Shown here: positions 59,272 to 64,000 of the stretch, piece after piece
Layout: each line of letters begins with the position of its first letter
Numbering within the stretch: position 1 is the stretch's first letter
NCBI GenBank assembly: GCA_963727805.1
Contig: CAVSHF010000003.1
Coordinates: forward strand, 2,048,001 to 2,112,000
Length of the DNA: 64,000 nucleotides
Origin: an uncultured Nitrospiraceae bacterium
GTDB lineage: Bacteria; Nitrospirota; Thermodesulfovibrionia; Thermodesulfovibrionales; Dissulfurispiraceae
Direction of reading: 5' to 3'
Notes under the pieces: model-generated
The model's input: the letters and a program-made list of their open reading frames with translations, nothing else
What the model was told of the DNA's origin: nothing
Databases searched by the model: none
Position numbers and translations under genes: made by a program

Positions 59272-61547
59272 TTAACAAGGAACTCGGGCTGACGCTCGAT
59301 GCGATCATCAAGGATGCAAAAAACAGGAAGCATGAATACCTGACAGCCGAACATCTCCTTTTTGCAATAATCCATGACGAGATGGGCATTGATATCATAA
59401 CGGGCTGCGGCGGCAATGTACTGAAGATCAAGGCGTCCCTCGAAGAATTCTACGAAAAGGACATCCCTCTTCAATCCCAAAAGAGTAATGCCAATCCGAT
59501 GCCCACCCTCGGCTTTCAGCGGGTCATACAAAGAGCGTTGAACCATGTTCATTCCGCGGAGAAGAACGAGGTGGATGCCGGTGACCTCCTTGCGGCTCTT
59601 TTTCTAGAAGAGGATTCTCATGCTGTCTATTTCCTCGAACAGGAAGGGATTTCGCGCCTCGATGTGCTGAACTTTATCTCGCACGGAATACCCGGAACGC
59701 ATGATGAAAATCCCTCTGAAGCTGCGCATGAAGCGCCCGAGCATGGATGCGAATGCTCGCGCCCTGATCAGAAGCGCTCTGAGTCAAAGGATCCTCTCAA
59801 GCTTTTCACGATAAACCTCGTTGAGAAAGCGGCCGAGGGCGCTATTGATCCGCTTGTGGGAAGAGAGGCTGAAGTAAAGAGGACTATCCAGGTACTTTGT
59901 CGGAGAAGAAAAAATAATATCGTTTTCGTTGGAGAGCCGGGGGTCGGAAAGACCGCTATCGTTGAAGGACTTGCACTGAACATACATAAGAAAGAAGTGC
60001 CAGAGGCACTCAAGGATGTCAGAATATTTTCTCTCGACATGGGCGCCCTTCTTGCAGGGACCAAATATCGTGGCGATTTCGAGGCACGCCTCAAGGCGAC
60101 GATTAAGGAACTCGAAAAGATACGCGGCGCGATACTCTTCATCGATGAGATCCATACCGTTGTCGGGGCCGGAGCAACCAGCGGAGGCTCGATGGATGCC
60201 TCGAATATTTTGAAGCCGGCACTTAATTCGGGGAGGCTCCGCTGTATCGGCGCGAGCACTTACGAGGAGTACAGGAATTATTTCGAAAAAGATCGCGCCT
60301 TTTCGCGGAGGTTCCAGAAGATCGAAATCCAAGAGCCGACCGTCGCTGAAGCCATCTCGATCCTCAAGGGGCTTCGCCCGTATTACGAGGACTTTCACAA
60401 CGTCACGTACACCGATGGCGCACTTAAGGCCGCCGCGGAGCTTTCCGCAAAACATATCAACGATAAATGCCTGCCGGACAAAGCAATCGATGTAATCGAT
60501 GAAGCCGGCGCCACACGCAAACTTCTCGCTCCCGACCAGACTCAAGGAAAATCTGCTACGGTTGTTGGCGTACGGGAGATCGAAAGTATCGTTGCGACGA
60601 TCGCCCGGATACCTTCAACAAACATCTCTTCGTCCGACACGGAAAAACTGAGGAATCTCGAAGATGAACTTAAGCTTACCGTCTTTGGCCAAGACGGTGC
60701 GATCCACTCGCTCGTGTCCGCCATCAAGAGGGCGCGGGCAGGCCTCGGAGCACCCGAAAGACCAATCGGCTCTTTCCTTTTCACTGGCCCCACAGGCGTC
60801 GGGAAAACCGAAGTCTCAAAGCAGATGGCGTCTGTTCTTGGAGTGCAGTTCACACGATTTGATATGAGCGAGTATATGGAAAAACATGCGGTTGCTCGAC
60901 TGATAGGAGCGCCTCCGGGTTATGTTGGATTCGATCAGGGGGGGCTCCTCACCGATGCGATCAGGAAACACCCTTACTCGGTACTTCTTCTCGATGAGAT
61001 CGAAAAAGCCCACCCAGATATTTTCAGCATATTACTCCAGGTGATGGACTACGCGACATTGACCGATAACAACGGCAAGAAGGCTGATTTCCGCAACGTC
61101 ATCCTCATCATGACTTCAAATGCTGGCGCAAGGGAAATGGACAAGGGCTCCATAGGTTTCGGCAACAGGAGCAATGACACGCAGGCTGAAAGTGGCCATG
61201 CCATCACAAAGCTCTTCAACCCGGAATTCAGGAACCGACTCGACGCCATCATCACCTTCAACCCTCTCACTCCCGAGATCATGAAGAAGGTGGTCGACAA
61301 GTTCGTTGAAGAGTTGCGCCGTCAGCTAATACGGAAAAAAGTGAAGATCGTCCTTTCTGAGGAAGCGCATGGTTGGCTCGCCGACAGGGGACACGATGTT
61401 CTCTACGGCGCGCGACCATTAGGACGGCTCATGCAGACCAAGATCAAGGATGCGCTGTCAGAGGAGGTTCTATTCGGCAAGCTCAAAAAGGGGGGCACCG
61501 TACGCATTGACCTCAAAGACGGCCAATTTGATTTTACATACGCTTGA
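59268..61547 (+). CDS. clpA: ATP-dependent Clp protease subunit ClpA
   Basis: GEPGVGKT and GPTGVGKT, IGF loop, no M domain; ATGA overlap with clpS. Confidence 0.96.
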   Translation: MINKELGLTLDAIIKDAKNRKHEYLTAEHLLFAIIHDEMGIDIITGCGGNVLKIKASLEEFYEKDIPLQSQKSNANPMPTLGFQRVIQRALNHVHSAEKNEVDAGDLLAALFLEEDSHAVYFLEQEGISRLDVLNFISHGIPGTHDENPSEAAHEAPEHGCECSRPDQKRSESKDPLKLFTINLVEKAAEGAIDPLVGREAEVKRTIQVLCRRRKNNIVFVGEPGVGKTAIVEGLALNIHKKEVPEALKDVRIFSLDMGALLAGTKYRGDFEARLKATIKELEKIRGAILFIDEIHTVVGAGATSGGSMDASNILKPALNSGRLRCIGASTYEEYRNYFEKDRAFSRRFQKIEIQEPTVAEAISILKGLRPYYEDFHNVTYTDGALKAAAELSAKHINDKCLPDKAIDVIDEAGATRKLLAPDQTQGKSATVVGVREIESIVATIARIPSTNISSSDTEKLRNLEDELKLTVFGQDGAIHSLVSAIKRARAGLGAPERPIGSFLFTGPTGVGKTEVSKQMASVLGVQFTRFDMSEYMEKHAVARLIGAPPGYVGFDQGGLLTDAIRKHPYSVLLLDEIEKAHPDIFSILLQVMDYATLTDNNGKKADFRNVILIMTSNAGAREMDKGSIGFGNRSNDTQAESGHAITKLFNPEFRNRLDAIITFNPLTPEIMKKVVDKFVEELRRQLIRKKVKIVLSEEAHGWLADRGHDVLYGARPLGRLMQTKIKDALSEEVLFGKLKKGGTVRIDLKDGQFDFTYA

Positions 61548-61560
61548 TGAATAGACGTTC

Positions 61561-62244
61561 ATGACCGTTTTCCGCCTGACCGAAGACATTATATTCCCCC
61601 CCCCGGAACTTGCGGATGAAAATGGTCTCCTGGCAGTCGGCGGAGACCTGAGCGTGGAGCGTCTCCTTGTCGCTTATTCGATGGGTATTTTCCCCTGGTA
61701 TTCTGACGGTTACCCTATCTTGTGGTGGTCCCCCGATCCGCGGCCTGTATTGCTCCCCGCAGAGCTGAAGGTTTCGAGGAGCCTCCGGCAGAGTATGAGA
61801 AAAGGAATTTATACAATCACGATGAACAGGGCATTCGAGGGAGTCATCAGAAATTGTTCCTCCATCCACAGAAGGCAGGACGAGGGGACTTGGATCACTG
61901 AGGAAATGATCGATGCCTACATTCGGCTTTATAAAGCGGGATACGCCCTCTCGGTCGAAGCGTGGGACGGCGATGAACTTGCAGGGGGCCTTTATGGCGT
62001 CTTTCTGGGGAAGGCTTTTTTTGGCGAATCGATGTTCGCAAAAAAAAAAGATGCATCAAAGATCGCCTTTGTAAAATTGGTAGAGCGACTGAAACAGCTC
62101 GGTTTTGAATTAATCGACTGTCAGGTCACCACGACACATCTGACAAGATTCGGGGTCCGGGAGATCCCGCGCCCTGAATTCATTAACCGCTTGAAACAAG
62201 CCCTGCAGGCTTCAGACAAAGACAACGCAAAGATCGAGCTGTAA
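61561..62244 (+). CDS. aat: Leucyl/phenylalanyl-tRNA--protein transferase
   Basis: GLLAVGGDL, GIFPW, WWSPDPR, FFGESMF, IDCQ. Confidence 0.96.
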   Translation: MTVFRLTEDIIFPPPELADENGLLAVGGDLSVERLLVAYSMGIFPWYSDGYPILWWSPDPRPVLLPAELKVSRSLRQSMRKGIYTITMNRAFEGVIRNCSSIHRRQDEGTWITEEMIDAYIRLYKAGYALSVEAWDGDELAGGLYGVFLGKAFFGESMFAKKKDASKIAFVKLVERLKQLGFELIDCQVTTTHLTRFGVREIPRPEFINRLKQALQASDKDNAKIEL

Positions 62245-62256
62245 TCCTCTCTAGGT

Positions 62257-62679
62257 CTAGTCGGGCTTACTGAAAGGATTCGCCCTCAATATTTCATCGA
62301 GCTTGAGCGGCTTCTCCTTTAGAACAAAAACTGCAAGCCCCCTATCCTCAGTGACATTGCCGCCCTTCTTCCAGTTGCCGTTCCAGGAAATATAGAGGTG
62401 TATTGTATCACCGTAGATCTCCACGAGCATCGGCGTAAAAGTAAGCTCCGCTGCATCGAAACTCTTCTTCGCGTTGATGACGCTTCTATACCCTTCCCTC
62501 GTGCTGAATTTTTCAATGGCTGCAAGGTCATTCTTAAGGTAGGCCTCCCTGATCTTTTCCGCAACGGTGAAAGCCTCGGTCGTGAGGGCCGAATCTGATG
62601 AAACCTTCTTCACCTCTTTCTTTCCACAGGCGGCGACAAAAACAAGCAGTATCAACCCGAGGGCAAGAAATCGTTTCAT
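62257..62679 (-). CDS. Hypothetical lipoprotein
   Basis: Lipobox VAAC after a hydrophobic stretch; SD GGAGG. Confidence 0.75.
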   Translation of the reverse strand: MKRFLALGLILLVFVAACGKKEVKKVSSDSALTTEAFTVAEKIREAYLKNDLAAIEKFSTREGYRSVINAKKSFDAAELTFTPMLVEIYGDTIHLYISWNGNWKKGGNVTEDRGLAVFVLKEKPLKLDEILRANPFSKPD

Positions 62680-62800
62680 ATATGTTTACCTCCGAAAGAG
62701 AAGATGGCGTTGCAGGCTTTAGGATTATACTCGATTTGCTCCTAATAAATGAAGGGTCATTCCCGGAAAGTGCCAGAAAATGGGTATGCTATAATTACTG

Positions 62801-63250
62801 ATGCAGTTTGTTTGTCAAAACAGAAAGGCATACCACGACTATGCTATAGAAGAGACCCTCGAATCTGGGATCTCTCTCCTTGGCACCGAGGTCAAGTCTA
62901 TCAGAGAAGGCAGGATTAACCTCAAGGACAGCTATATCCTTGTCAAAGATACCGAAGCCTATCTCCTAAACTGCCACATCAGTCCATACAGTCACGGCAA
63001 CATCATGAATCACGAACCCTTGCGCACTCGCAAGCTCCTCATGCACCGGAAGGAAATCGTGCGACTTCAGGGGAAGATGGCCCAGAAAGGTTACACCCTG
63101 ATACCACTCAAGATATATTTCAAAAACGGTCGTGTCAAGGTCGAAGTGGGCCTCGCCAAAGGGAAAAGAGAATACGAAAAACGCGATGCGATCAAGGAAC
63201 GAGAAGCCCATCGAGAGATCGAGAAGGCGATGAAGAGCAGGAACAGATAA
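62801..63250 (+). CDS. smpB: SsrA-binding protein
   Basis: NRKAYHDY, GTEVKSIR, RTRKLLMH, GKREYEKR. Confidence 0.97.
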   Translation: MQFVCQNRKAYHDYAIEETLESGISLLGTEVKSIREGRINLKDSYILVKDTEAYLLNCHISPYSHGNIMNHEPLRTRKLLMHRKEIVRLQGKMAQKGYTLIPLKIYFKNGRVKVEVGLAKGKREYEKRDAIKEREAHREIEKAMKSRNR

Positions 63251-63329
63251 GTCCGGTTCCACTCTGAATTATCAGCAGGAATCCCGGATAAATGGTATAA
63301 TAGAATAAGGTAAGACTTCTTATCCAAAC

Positions 63330-63679
63330 GGGGGCGAAAGGACTCGACGGGGGTTATGAGGCTTAGGTTGCATGTCGTGGCTCCATCACCACGTAAATAA
63401 GGTGGAAACAAACACAAAAGCCAACAACGAACTGGCACTTGCTGCTTAACTAAAAGCAGCACGCTCACGCAGGACTGCCTGTGGCTTGCAATGAGCGTCA
63501 TTGAGCAGGCTGCCGCCGAATGAGGGCCCTGGCCTTCGGCGGGAGACTTAGGGGATAGGATACCGGAGGGCCTGCCAATCGGCATGCCGGCATCCGAAAC
63601 GTTAAATAGGGTGGCTAAACATGTAGAAGCCTGAGAGTAGTGCTTTCGGACGCGGGTTCAATTCCCGCCGCCTCCACCA
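63330..63679 (+). ncRNA. ssrA: tmRNA, tag (A)ANNELALAA
   Basis: GGGGGCG/CGCCTCC acceptor stem with G3-U, GACTCGAC, GGTTCAATTCC T-arm, ACCA end; tag ORF 63420-63449; TGgTATAAT upstream. Confidence 0.96.
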
Positions 63680-63749
63680 AGAGTATTATTATAATTCAAT
63701 CAGTTATATGGTTTATTATGTAAAGAACAACTCTGAACAGCTTTAAGGG

Positions 63750-63778
63750 AAAGAGGGATTCCGCAATCCCTCTTTTTT
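63750..63778 (+). terminator. Intrinsic terminator downstream of ssrA
   Basis: AAAGAGGGATT-ccgc-AATCCCTCTTT followed by a T-run. Confidence 0.85.
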
Positions 63779-64000
63779 GTGTTTTTTGCGCACTAAGAGA
63801 AGTAGTAAGCCTAATAATAATTTCAACTTGTACTCTATCTATGATCATGATGCAGGTTGTGATGACTTCTGTTCGGATCTACCGCAGATGCTAACTGCAT
63901 GATAATATTTAGTGCTCGCAGTATGGTAAGACCGATGATTAAAAAGAAACTATCGTTGGCCCGTCGCAGATCTATTTTTCAAAACTCGCCCTGATCTGAC

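Noticed and set aside
63091..63585. 164-aa minus-strand ORF, and the many other antisense or nested ORFs in the track
   Set aside because: Shadows of smpB/ssrA and other well-supported genes; no independent motifs
1..64000. CRISPR array, prophage, rRNA or defence system
   Set aside because: No regularly spaced repeats, cas, phage or rRNA signatures seen by eye

Overview
A gene-dense bacterial chromosomal window, mostly housekeeping. Protein style, gene order and the tmRNA tag ANNELALAA suggest Nitrospirota (Thermodesulfovibrionia-like); this is an inference, not a search result. Left to right: aroD (partial), an exported M16B peptidase pair, ferredoxin, recN, a third M16 peptidase, pnp, rpsO, cupin, gltX, Trm112-like, rluA-family, icd, glnS and tRNA-Leu(CAG). 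A decayed accessory islet of about 7.4 kb follows (DUF2950 and partner, glgC pseudogene, kup, cold-shock gene, IS3 remnant). Then a HEAT protein, an atypical thioredoxin reductase, mqnC/mqnE, a UvrA paralogue with a VOC gene, and a lipid A cluster (bamD, sirC-like, gnnA/gnnB-like, lpxB, waaA, lpxK) interrupted by a HEAT-repeat + HD-GYP pair. The rest holds uppS-cdsA-dxr-rseP, cheW, yacL-ispD-ispF, degQ, selB, hisH, msrA, hfq-SurA_N-cdaA-cdaR-glmM, clpS-clpA-aat, smpB and ssrA. Best leads: (1) the HEAT and HD-GYP proteins appear to share an unnamed N-terminal domain; (2) at least seven genes have a -10 box 5-7 nt before the ATG and no SD, suggesting leaderless mRNAs; (3) 7/8-mer repeat-like in-frame insertions in core enzymes; (4) a thioredoxin reductase lacking NADPH motifs; (5) a terminator-like hairpin in the csp leader; (6) an FNR-like palindrome at -41.5 before the cupin gene. 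No CRISPR, rRNA or intact integrase/transposase was seen.
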